NCBI GenBank assembly: GCA_963782535.1
Contig: CAWAKE010000011.1
Span: forward strand, 5,520-69,519
Reading direction: 5' to 3'
Length of the DNA: 64,000 nt
From: an uncultured delta proteobacterium
GTDB lineage: Bacteria; Desulfobacterota; Binatia; Binatales; Binataceae
Under the pieces are notes generated by a model that searched no databases, had not been told where the DNA came from, and saw only the letters and a list, made by a program, of their open reading frames with translations. The translations under genes and the position numbers were made by a program. Positions 55,636-64,000 of the stretch are shown here, piece by piece (within the stretch, counting starts at the first letter, position 1; every line of letters begins with the position of its first letter).

Positions 55636-56655
55636 TCATGGGATGGCGGCAACGTCATAAGCGGGGGGAAGTTTCTCCGCGATCATGCGGATAAAGCCCA
55701 CGCGCCAGTCCACCAGGATTACCGAGCCGTCGCTGAGTACGCCGAAAAATTCATTGCTATTAGCGGGATTTGCCAACAGCCGCATCGCCATTCCGCGCAT
55801 CGGATAGACGAATCCGTCGGCGCCCGTGAGGGGCGTGAAACTGCGGCCGTGATCGTCGCTTTGGAAGAGCATCGCGTCGGCGCCCTCCGGCCTCATCGGC
55901 CACAGCGGCGGCGGAGCGCCCGCGGCCGCGATGAAGATTGCGCCATCCGCGATCAGCAGCGGTACGGCGTAGGAGCGGCTGAGCCCCTTAAGATAATTCC
56001 ATGAGGCGCCAGCATTGGCGGAATAATAGAAGCCGCGTCCGGTGGTGACGAAGAGGCCTTTTGAGTCGGACGGATCGGCGGCCACGCAATGAATATCGGA
56101 ATAGACGCCACGGTTGAGCGGTTCGAAACTGCGGCCGCGGTCCGGTGATCGGTACACGCCGCCTTCCTCGACGGCAATATAGATGACCGACGGATTGGAG
56201 GGATCGAACGCGATCGATGTGACGTGCGGAGAATGCGGCGGGGACGGGAATCCCCAGCGTTCACGTCCGGGGATTTTCAGGAATTCGCCGCACTCATAGA
56301 AGGTGTGGCCGCGGTCGGGGCTGCGCAGTATGCGAGCGTGAGAGGTCCCGATAAAGACTTCACCGGGGCTGTCGGGAGGAGCCGCGACCGACCATATTTC
56401 TTCGTCGCGAGCGGCGCCGGGCGTGATGTCGCGCCAGTTGCGGCCGCCGTCGTCCGAGCGCGCGAGCGAGCCGCGTCCGCGGGCGCTGCCGGCCTGCGTG
56501 TTATTAACCGATCCGGCATAGAGCAGAGCGGAATCGGCGGAGTCCTGCGCGAGACACCAGACCGAGGACGGATCGGCCAGCACCATCAGGGGCAGACCGG
56601 CGCGGGCCGGATCAAGAATCACGATGCCCTTGGAGGTGCCGACACAGAGGCGCAT
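55636..56655 (-). CDS. BNR/Asp-box repeat beta-propeller protein (sialidase/Ycf48-like fold)
   Basis: Has five Asp-box-like motifs: SDDGGRNW, SPDRGHTF, SPDRGRSF, SANAGASW and SDDHGRSF. Start taken at ATG 56655. No obvious signal peptide. Confidence 0.75.
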   Translation of the reverse strand: MRLCVGTSKGIVILDPARAGLPLMVLADPSSVWCLAQDSADSALLYAGSVNNTQAGSARGRGSLARSDDGGRNWRDITPGAARDEEIWSVAAPPDSPGEVFIGTSHARILRSPDRGHTFYECGEFLKIPGRERWGFPSPPHSPHVTSIAFDPSNPSVIYIAVEEGGVYRSPDRGRSFEPLNRGVYSDIHCVAADPSDSKGLFVTTGRGFYYSANAGASWNYLKGLSRSYAVPLLIADGAIFIAAAGAPPPLWPMRPEGADAMLFQSDDHGRSFTPLTGADGFVYPMRGMAMRLLANPANSNEFFGVLSDGSVILVDWRVGFIRMIAEKLPPAYDVAAIP

Positions 56656-56677
56656 CAGGGAGTAGGCGCCGCGCGGG

Positions 56678-57598
56678 CTATTCGAGCCGGGCGCCCACGG
56701 CGATTTCGTTGGCGGTTGCAAGTTCGGCGGGCGCAACCTTTTTCGGACTGGAATCGAAGCGCGCGCGTCGCACGAGCATCGATCCACCGCTGAGGGCGAT
56801 TTTCATTCCGTCGCGGTCGATGCCGATGATCTCACCGAGAGCGGCTGCGCCGTCACCGGCCTGTAGCACGGCGTCGTAAAGCCGCAGGCAGCGGCCCGCG
56901 AGCGTCGCGAAAGCGCCGGGTTGCGGGTCGCATCCGCGAACCAGGTTATGGACGGCTGGCGCGGGCCGGCTGAAATCGATGGCGGCGTGTTCGTCGCGGC
57001 AGGGCGCCTCGTAGGTTGCGAGGCTTTCGTCCTGCGGCGTCGCCGACGCGTCGCCGGCCGCGATCAGATCGACCGCCTCGATCATGGTCTCGATCCCGAG
57101 CGGAAAGAGCGAATTGAAATATATTGAACCGGTGGTATCCGCGAGCCCAATCGGAACGCGCCGCTGAATCAGAATCGGCCCAGTGTCGATACCGCGATCG
57201 GGCCAAAACCAGGTCACGCCAGTTTCGGCATCGCCCTCGATGATCGCCCAGTTGATGGCGCTGGCGCCGCGATGGCGCGGCAGCAGCGACGGATGGAAAC
57301 AGATGGTTTTAAAGCGCGGCGCGTACAAAATCCGCTCAGGCACGATGAGAGTGACGAAGGCCATGATGGCGAGGTCGGCGTCGAGCGCGCGAACCTGATC
57401 GAATTCATGTTCACCGCGGAAGGAAGCCGGCTGGCTCACCGGCAGGCCAAGTTCGAGCGCTTTGGTTTTGAGCAAATCGGGCCGGGCGCCGGGAGCATCG
57501 GGCGGGGCGAAGACCTGCACGATTTCATGGCCGTGCGCGTACAGTGCCTCGAGAGCTTTTTCGGCAAAGGCCGCCTGACCAATCAGAACAATTCGCAC
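56678..57598 (-). CDS. formyltransferase-family protein (Fmt-like architecture; the catalytic block resembles the 10-formyl-THF dehydrogenase N-terminal domain)
   Basis: Has FHPSLLPRHRGASAINWAIIEGDAETGVTWFWPDRGIDTGPILIQ. GGAGG lies 8 nt before GTG 57598. Confidence 0.8.
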   Translation of the reverse strand: MRIVLIGQAAFAEKALEALYAHGHEIVQVFAPPDAPGARPDLLKTKALELGLPVSQPASFRGEHEFDQVRALDADLAIMAFVTLIVPERILYAPRFKTICFHPSLLPRHRGASAINWAIIEGDAETGVTWFWPDRGIDTGPILIQRRVPIGLADTTGSIYFNSLFPLGIETMIEAVDLIAAGDASATPQDESLATYEAPCRDEHAAIDFSRPAPAVHNLVRGCDPQPGAFATLAGRCLRLYDAVLQAGDGAAALGEIIGIDRDGMKIALSGGSMLVRRARFDSSPKKVAPAELATANEIAVGARLE

Positions 57599-58311
57599 TG
57601 CATCCACCTCCCGATACGACTACCAGCGGAAACCTAACAAAACCGTCCTTGCGGTGCACGCGGGGGCGTCGCGATTCGTCCACATCGTCCGCAGCAATGC
57701 ACCGGCAAGGGAACGCGGAGCGGCGTTGCGGATGCGCCGATCGACTGCGTCCGCCGGATTGCCTCCGTGTCAACGGGATTTGATCTCGCGATTAATGTTT
57801 GCTACATACGCTGACGCGCTTGTGCCCGTGTGCGGATTCAATTTTCAGTCGGAATCGGCGCGGGGCCGTTATGCGTGCGGGTTTCAGTCTGCGGACCGCG
57901 CGAGCACGGTTTAGATGATGGAGTGCGGTAGTAATTTGTGAGGTAGGCGGAGGAAGAGGCGGAGCCAGGTAGTTTCAACGGCGAGGATTAGTTCGGTAAT
58001 TTGAATTTGATCAGTTTCTGTCGGATTCGCTCCAGTTCTGAATCTTTAGCAGATTGATCGACATTTCAGGATATGCCCAGCTGCCAGCCTTTCGGGCTGA
58101 TGTCGGCTTAGTCATGCCCGACCGATCCGAGCGCCGCGCGTAATCACCTGCGCTGCCGCAGTTTCATCGCCTTAGCGGGGGTAGACACGGTTCTCTAAAC
58201 AGCGGCACAGCCGGAGTCCGATCGGTTAAAGCGGCTCCGACTATGTGGCTGGGGACGGAGAGTGGATCTCTTCGAGGCGTTCCAATGTCAGTCAGGCTGG
58301 GAGGAATTTGT

Positions 58312-60240
58312 ATGGAGACTGAAGTGCACCTGGGGTGTTCATCCGGGGGAGTCATAAAGAAGATCGCCGCGCTCGGGTTGGCGCTGGCGATCATCGGGCT
58401 GTGTGCCGGAAAATCAATGGCGGGCGATCTTTTCGCTCAACCCGCGCAAGGCTTGAACGTAACTGGTTCGGTTGCATCGGCACTGCCCGCGACCGCGGCC
58501 ACCACTTCGGTGTTGCCTGCAACCGTAGCTGCCACTTCGGTACTGCCCGATACGGCGGCTGGTCCGCCGGCGGAGAGCTGGTTGAGCGGCCTGCATGTTT
58601 CGGGATTTCTGAGCCAGACCTGGGGTATGTGGCAGAACCCGTCGACATTGCGGGAGTACACCACCAGCCGCAACAATCTGGCGACTTCGCGCACCTGGTT
58701 GCAGGTGGACGAGAACCTGCGGATCAACGACAACAACAACCTGTTCATGCGCGAATGGTTCGTGTATGAGCCGCCGTACGCGTTCAACAGCGCCAACGGC
58801 TTCGGCAAGTACGCCAACGAGTTCTACAACCAGTACACGGTTCGTGACGCGTGGTGGGAGAACAAGACCGGACCGCTAACCACTTACGTCGGCAATCAGA
58901 TCGTGGTGTGGGGCCAGTCGCTGGCGTTTCGCGTGGGCGACGTGGTCAATCCGCAGGACACGACCTGGGCGTTTGGCTTTGCCAACCTCGAGCAGTCGCG
59001 CATCCCGCAGTGGATGATCCATCCGATTCTGAATCTGCCGCAGATGGGACCGTTCTCGTCTAACTTCGTCGAGGGCATCCTGCTGCCGCGGCTGCAGCCG
59101 ATGTGGAACAGCTGCGACTACGCCGACCATCGCTACGACGGCGAGTGCAACGTCAACGCGGGCAGCGTGAACAACGGCTTCCCGGCGGGCGTCGGCTTCG
59201 ACCCGACCGGCCGCTTCGGTGCTCACCTGAGCAACTCGGGGGCCTTCTATCCGGGACGAACTGCAGTTGCGTACGGTTCGATCTACCCGCCGTACGGACA
59301 GCCGGTGCAGAACGGCCGCCTGATCGGCGCTCCGCTCGACAACGAATTCTTCTACTGCTCGAACCTGGGATCGGCGAGCCAGCCGTTCAACCCGGTGCCG
59401 AAGGGATTGCAGCGTAATTGCAAATTTCTCGGCAGCGGTGCAGCGGTAGACGTCGGGCAGTGGAAAATTCCGGCCTCGACGGTGTCGAACTGGGAGGAAG
59501 GCATCCGCTTCCACACGCTGGTCGGCAGTTCGGAATTGACGGCTTTCTACTTCAACGCGTGGAATCTCTATCCGAACACGTTCTGGCAGCAGTACACCAA
59601 CCAGTTCCGTGCGCGGTTCAATCCGATGCAGAAGGTCGGCGTGACCTGGGACGCACCGCTGCCGGTGCCCGCCGCGGTCGGCGAATACCTGCCGCTGGTA
59701 GCCCGGGCGGAAACCGTTTACACCAACCACGAGTCGGTGCTGAGCTTCGACCCGATCGCGCATCCCAACGGGGTTCGCTACACCGATATGCTGAGCTGGA
59801 TGGGCGCGCTGGATATCGACCAGGCCTACGCGCCGTGGCTGACCAAGACCGGCAACCTGTCGGCTAACCTCGAAGTGTACGACGAGATCGCCCTGGATTC
59901 GTCGGGCAGCATGTTCGAGACCTTCGGACCGTGGACTGGTGGCGGCATCGTTAATACCACCAACATCAAGAACAACGTCTCGACCCTGTTCAACATCGGC
60001 ACGTCGTTCTGGTGGAACGATATCGAGCCGACCTGGACCATGGTCTTCAATCCGAAGGGACGGACTTTCCTGCTCTTTCCGTCGGTGGTGCTGAATCCGC
60101 CGTGGACCAAGAAGTACTTCATGAAGCTGCAGGCGATTGAAATCCTTGGCGGCGACCGGAATGCGCAACAGGCGGGCGGCGCTCTTAAGGGCCAGAGCCT
60201 GTTGACCGCGCAGTTCCAGTACAACTTTAACCTGCTCTAA
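58312..60240 (+). CDS. outer-membrane beta-barrel protein, DUF1302-like
   Basis: GGAGGA lies 6 nt before ATG 58312. Has a signal peptide (KKIAALGLALAIIGLCAGKSMA) and the block YVGNQIVVWGQSLAFRVGDVVNPQD, which resembles the DUF1302 hallmark. The C-terminus is aromatic-rich (..QFQYNFNLL). Confidence 0.7.
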   Translation: METEVHLGCSSGGVIKKIAALGLALAIIGLCAGKSMAGDLFAQPAQGLNVTGSVASALPATAATTSVLPATVAATSVLPDTAAGPPAESWLSGLHVSGFLSQTWGMWQNPSTLREYTTSRNNLATSRTWLQVDENLRINDNNNLFMREWFVYEPPYAFNSANGFGKYANEFYNQYTVRDAWWENKTGPLTTYVGNQIVVWGQSLAFRVGDVVNPQDTTWAFGFANLEQSRIPQWMIHPILNLPQMGPFSSNFVEGILLPRLQPMWNSCDYADHRYDGECNVNAGSVNNGFPAGVGFDPTGRFGAHLSNSGAFYPGRTAVAYGSIYPPYGQPVQNGRLIGAPLDNEFFYCSNLGSASQPFNPVPKGLQRNCKFLGSGAAVDVGQWKIPASTVSNWEEGIRFHTLVGSSELTAFYFNAWNLYPNTFWQQYTNQFRARFNPMQKVGVTWDAPLPVPAAVGEYLPLVARAETVYTNHESVLSFDPIAHPNGVRYTDMLSWMGALDIDQAYAPWLTKTGNLSANLEVYDEIALDSSGSMFETFGPWTGGGIVNTTNIKNNVSTLFNIGTSFWWNDIEPTWTMVFNPKGRTFLLFPSVVLNPPWTKKYFMKLQAIEILGGDRNAQQAGGALKGQSLLTAQFQYNFNLL

Positions 60241-60260
60241 ACAGAGCCGAACCATCCAGC

Positions 60261-60292
60261 GGCGGGCGCATCCAGCGTCCGCCGTTTTTTTT
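60261..60292 (+). terminator. rho-independent terminator of the DUF1302-like gene
   Basis: 9-bp stem GGCGGGCGC / GCGTCCGCC (one G:U) with loop ATCCA, followed by a run of 8 T. Confidence 0.8.
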
Positions 60293-60374
60293 GGGTACGC
60301 GGCGAAGCTCGCCAATCCGTAATTCACTTCTCGGCTCGTGGCGATTGGATTATCATTCGCCAGGAGGTGACATC

Positions 60375-61271
60375 ATGCGCCGCGATATAGAAATAAACGC
60401 AGAGGGTACGATACTGCGGGGATGGCTCTATTTGCCGGAGCAGGCGCGGGGCCGGGTGCCGGCAGTGGTGATGGCGCATGGCTTCTCGGCTGTGAAGGAA
60501 ATGTATCTGGACCGCTTCGGCGAGGTCTTCAGCCGGGCGGGAATCGCGGCGCTGGTTTACGATAATCGCAATTTCGGAGCGAGCGACGGCGAGCCGCGCC
60601 AAGAGATCGATCCGTGGCAACAGGTGCGCGATTATCGCCACGCTATCACCTGGGCGGTAAGTCAGACGGAGATCGATAGCGATCGCATCGGGGTGTGGGG
60701 CTCGAGTTACAGCGGCGGTCATGTGCTGGTAGTGGGTGCGATCGATAGACGGGTCAAGTGCGTAGTTTCACAAGTCCCGCTGGTGAGCGGATCGCGCAAT
60801 CTGAAACGGCTCATCCGGGCCGATCTGATGGCCGCGGTGCGCATGCAGTTCGATGCCGACCGCGCGGCGCGATTCAAGGGAGCGGCGCCCACGATGATAC
60901 CGGTGGTAGCCGAGGATCCGATGGCGCCGGCGGCGCTGCCCACGGCGGATTCGTGGGGGTGGTTCACGGAAACCGGCAGCAGCCGCGCTCCGTCGTGGCG
61001 CAACGAAGTAACCTTGCGCACAGTCGAGATGCTGGGCGAATACGAGCCGTGCGATTATGTCTCGCGGATGAGTCCGACGCCGTTGCTGATGGTGATTGCG
61101 GCCGGCGATCATCTGGCAATCGCCGAAGAAGCCTTCACCGCCTATAATCGCGCGCTCGAGCCCAAGCGTATTCTGGTACTTGACGGCGGACACTTCGACG
61201 CTTACGTCAAGGATTTTGAACGCGCGAGCAGCACGGCGCGTGATTTTTTCAGCGCACACCTGTTGCGCTGA
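60375..61271 (+). CDS. alpha/beta hydrolase
   Basis: AGGAGG lies before ATG 60375. Has the HGF oxyanion region (VVMAHGFSAV) and nucleophile elbow GVWGSSYSGG (G-x-S-x-G). Confidence 0.8.
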   Translation: MRRDIEINAEGTILRGWLYLPEQARGRVPAVVMAHGFSAVKEMYLDRFGEVFSRAGIAALVYDNRNFGASDGEPRQEIDPWQQVRDYRHAITWAVSQTEIDSDRIGVWGSSYSGGHVLVVGAIDRRVKCVVSQVPLVSGSRNLKRLIRADLMAAVRMQFDADRAARFKGAAPTMIPVVAEDPMAPAALPTADSWGWFTETGSSRAPSWRNEVTLRTVEMLGEYEPCDYVSRMSPTPLLMVIAAGDHLAIAEEAFTAYNRALEPKRILVLDGGHFDAYVKDFERASSTARDFFSAHLLR

Positions 61272-61429
61272 GCGAGCTCGCAACGGCCTCATGCCGCAGC
61301 GCTATGGCTCTCACGCGCGGGGACCGGGCGCACTGGCGGACCCCTGCGCGGCTGCATTCGCTAACCGACACGGCGAATTAACCTCGGCGTAATTGACTCG
61401 ATTTGCGAGCCTGCGTAGGTCACCACAGG

Positions 61430-63298
61430 ATGAAATACGGACGGATGCGGTTGGCGGCGGCGGGCGTCGCGATAATTCTTGCGATCGCCGCGGTTGGCGC
61501 GAAGCCGGGCGTGGCCGGTGCGAGTGCGGGCGAAACCTCGGCGCACGGCAAGATTTTCGTACTGATGGTGTGGGACGGGCTGCGGCCCGACATGGCTGAT
61601 GAGGTCAACACGCCGAATCTTTTCGCACTCGGACGAGCGGGGGTGCGCTTTGCACGGCATCATGCAATCTATCCAACGCTGACCATGGTCAATGCGGCGG
61701 GACTCGCGACCGGCGCTGGTCCCGGAAGCAGCGGAATCTTTGGGGACATGATGTACCTCGCGCCGGTCCTCGACATGAAACGCGCGTCCGCTCTGCCGCT
61801 GTTGGGCGAATTGCTTGAGAGTCCGCTCAACCTGGAAAATTCGCACTACCTGGCCGAGTTAAACAGTCAGCGCGCCTTCGATGGGCGTCTGCTGGGTCTG
61901 CGCACCACCGCCCAGGAAGTCGAAGACGCAGGCGGCTACGTCGCCGCGATCGGCAAACAAGGGCCAACTCTTCTATTTAACGATAAATTCGCCACTCTGG
62001 CGATGAGCGCTCGCGCCGCGCACGACTTCATGTTCGTTGCCGACGACATGGCAGCACCGCATTCGATAGCGGCAATAATGGCGCACGAGCCGCCAATGAA
62101 GCACGGCGACTATGCGTCGGTGATCGCACGGGACAAATGGTTCGCGAATCTTGCGACCAGCCGGGCGCTTCCGGCAGCCAAGGCCGCATCGGACCGCGGC
62201 AAGCCCGCGTTCGTCGTATTATGGCAGCACAATCCCGACCTGACACAGCATTATGCGGGACTGGGAACTCGGCCGGCGCTAGAGGCGCTGCACGCGTCTG
62301 ACACCAACCTGGCAACGCTGCGCGCGGCGATCGCAAAGCTCGGCATCGCCGATCGGACCGACCTCATGGTCGTTTCCGATCATGGCTTTGCGACGATTAA
62401 GGCGACGGTTCCGCTCGCGCGCCTGCTGGTTGCAGCGGGGCTCAAGAAGTCGGAGAAGAGCACCGAAGTTGTTGTTTCCACCGATGGCGGCAGCGACGAA
62501 ATCTATCTTTCGAGGGAACGGTTTCCAAACGCAGAGGCACGCCGGAAAGTGTTGCGGCGGATCGTCGAATATGCCGAATCGCAAAAATGGTGCGGGCCGA
62601 TATTCTCACGCGATTCGGCCACCGGCGAACGGCCCGGCCAAGCGCACGGCTACCGCGGCTGGATCGAGGGTACGTTTGGCGATTCGGTCGTCGGCATGGG
62701 GAACAACGCACGTGCCGCCGATCTGATCATTTCATTTCGCGAATTTCCAAACGCCGACAACCGGTCACTGACCGGTCCCGCGCACCCGGCCTATACTATC
62801 GGACCCCACGGAGCGGAGGCACAGGAGAACCATTCGAGTGCCCTGGTGCACCCGATCCCCGGCGTGATCTATGCGGACGCAAGCGGATTCACCAGCGGAA
62901 TGGGAATGCATGGCGCGGTGGGAGCGCGCGAACTGCACAACTTCTGCGCTGCAATTGGCCCCGACTTCCGCCACGGTCTGGTCGATAAGGCGCCGACTGG
63001 AAACGTCGACATCGCTCCGACTGCCGCTAAAATCCTGGGGCAGCCAGCAGTCGAGGGAATCACTGGCCGCGTGCTTCGGGAGGCGCTGGCCGGCACCGGC
63101 GCCGGCCCAGGGCCGCATGCGGAAGCGATCACCGACATGGTGTCGCTGCAATTGAAGAATACGCGCGTGGTGACGACGCTCGACCTCACGCGTTACGCCG
63201 GCCGTGAATATCTGGATGGTTCGACGGTGGCAGTGACGCTGTCGCGACAGGCGCGGTTGCAGGGAAAAGCTGTGGTCAGGCCGGATCGAGTTCGGTGA
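61430..63298 (+). CDS. alkaline-phosphatase-superfamily protein (nucleotide pyrophosphatase/phosphodiesterase type), secreted
   Basis: Has a signal peptide (RLAAAGVAIILAIAAVGAKPGVAGASA), the metal/nucleophile region VWDGLRPD..YPTLTMVN and the distal VVSDHGF motif. Confidence 0.8.
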   Translation: MKYGRMRLAAAGVAIILAIAAVGAKPGVAGASAGETSAHGKIFVLMVWDGLRPDMADEVNTPNLFALGRAGVRFARHHAIYPTLTMVNAAGLATGAGPGSSGIFGDMMYLAPVLDMKRASALPLLGELLESPLNLENSHYLAELNSQRAFDGRLLGLRTTAQEVEDAGGYVAAIGKQGPTLLFNDKFATLAMSARAAHDFMFVADDMAAPHSIAAIMAHEPPMKHGDYASVIARDKWFANLATSRALPAAKAASDRGKPAFVVLWQHNPDLTQHYAGLGTRPALEALHASDTNLATLRAAIAKLGIADRTDLMVVSDHGFATIKATVPLARLLVAAGLKKSEKSTEVVVSTDGGSDEIYLSRERFPNAEARRKVLRRIVEYAESQKWCGPIFSRDSATGERPGQAHGYRGWIEGTFGDSVVGMGNNARAADLIISFREFPNADNRSLTGPAHPAYTIGPHGAEAQENHSSALVHPIPGVIYADASGFTSGMGMHGAVGARELHNFCAAIGPDFRHGLVDKAPTGNVDIAPTAAKILGQPAVEGITGRVLREALAGTGAGPGPHAEAITDMVSLQLKNTRVVTTLDLTRYAGREYLDGSTVAVTLSRQARLQGKAVVRPDRVR

Positions 63299-64000
63299 TG
63301 AGGCGGCCGCGAGTCTCTGGCAGCAGCCAGACCATGGCAGCACCGATAGCCGAGAGCAGTGCGCCAATCGCCAACGTCGGTCCGAAACCCAACAGCGGAC
63401 TAAGCGCGGTAATGATAAGCGGCGTGAAGAACTGGATGCCGCGGGTGACGTTGAGCAGCAGGCCCAGCGCAGTATTGCGCACGCTGGTCGGCAGCATCTC
63501 GGAGATCATCGGACCCACCCCCGACCAAATGCCCGTGCCGAAACCTGCGATTATCAACGCGCTGCGGATCAGTCCGGGAATTCCCGAAGCCCAATTCCAT
63601 ACCAGCGTCGCTGGCAACAGCCCCAGCGCCATCAGCGAGGCATATATGGAGAACACCGGACGGCGCCCGAAGCGATCGGCCAGCCCGCCAAAGGCAAAAT
63701 ATCCTACCAGCGCGCCGGTCTGCATCCAGATCATGAGGTTGCCACTGGCTTGCGGAGTGAGCTTGCGCGCGATGCGCAGGTAGCTCGGCATCCAGGTGTA
63801 AGTGAACCAGTAGGCTGCGGAATTAACCAGCAGGACCATGAAGAGCACGCCGATGATGCGGCGGTACGGTCGCAGCGTCTCGAGCGAGTGGGCGCCGATC
63901 CAGCGCTGCGGTGCTAGAGACGCGAGCGAGCGGCTGCGCTTCCACACGTCGCTTTCGGGCAACCAGTGCCAGACGATCAAGGCGACGATGAATGCCGGCG
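63276..64000 (-). CDS. MFS transporter, N-terminal part outside the window
   Basis: The frame stays open to the window edge (..AFIVALIVWHWLPES..). Has GGLADRFGRRP (MFS loop motif of the second half) and six hydrophobic segments. Confidence 0.75.
   Translation of the reverse strand, partial: PAFIVALIVWHWLPESDVWKRSRSLASLAPQRWIGAHSLETLRPYRRIIGVLFMVLLVNSAAYWFTYTWMPSYLRIARKLTPQASGNLMIWMQTGALVGYFAFGGLADRFGRRPVFSIYASLMALGLLPATLVWNWASGIPGLIRSALIIAGFGTGIWSGVGPMISEMLPTSVRNTALGLLLNVTRGIQFFTPLIITALSPLLGFGPTLAIGALLSAIGAAMVWLLPETRGRLITELDPA

Noticed and set aside
58440-58560. Near-repeats encoding SVLPATVAATSVLPDTAA in the N-terminal region of the DUF1302-like protein, and the NGNGNGNG tract at 3278-3301
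   Set aside because: These are short low-complexity coding repeats within otherwise normal ORFs, and there is nothing to suggest function beyond linker regions.
58876-60327. 483-aa minus-strand ORF opposite the DUF1302-like gene
   Set aside because: Shadow ORF. The plus strand has an SD, a signal peptide, beta-barrel-like sequence and a terminator.

Overview
This is a GC-rich bacterial chromosomal segment (by eye about two-thirds G+C, not computed), densely coding on both strands. It holds about 55 protein genes, one tRNA-Ala(GGC), two complete insertion sequences and a family of short dispersed hairpin repeats. Lineage cannot be assigned from this window.

Gene content is mostly core or peripheral metabolism:
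- PHA synthase (phaC)
- lutB-lutC-lutA lactate utilisation
- queG
- a secreted S53 (sedolisin-type) peptidase
- an ErpA/IscA Fe-S carrier
- a FabG-like reductase plus three other SDRs
- cysS
- an orphan CbbQ/NorQ AAA+ ATPase
- threonine aldolase
- an APC amino-acid permease
- Fe/Mn superoxide dismutase
- an Rrf2 regulator divergent from a sir-cysH sulfate-assimilation operon
- D-aminoacylase
- a sensor-less sigma-54 activator plus a single-domain response regulator
- addB-addA
- tandem MOSC genes
- a LysR regulator divergent from glutaryl-CoA dehydrogenase
- an RRM RNA-binding protein
- UspA
- a BNR propeller protein
- a DUF1302-like outer-membrane protein
- hydrolases
- an MFS transporter

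Items most worth a second look:
1. An ArsC/Spx-family gene (47753..48103) has an in-frame TGA exactly where the catalytic Cys of the CxxC motif belongs, followed by a hairpin. It is a candidate UxxC selenoprotein, and the ORF track truncates it.
2. A 65-90 bp intergenic repeat built around a 10-bp-stem hairpin occurs at least 7 times, including inverted pairs and one split copy.
3. Three otherwise intact genes are interrupted: an in-frame TAA in a roughly 1128-codon STAND adenylate cyclase, a 1-nt frameshift in addA, and a frame change in a small coiled-coil gene next to phaC.
4. Both IS elements sit in CTAG targets just outside coding regions.

All family calls come from motif recognition in the supplied translations. 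No database search, folding or statistics could be run.
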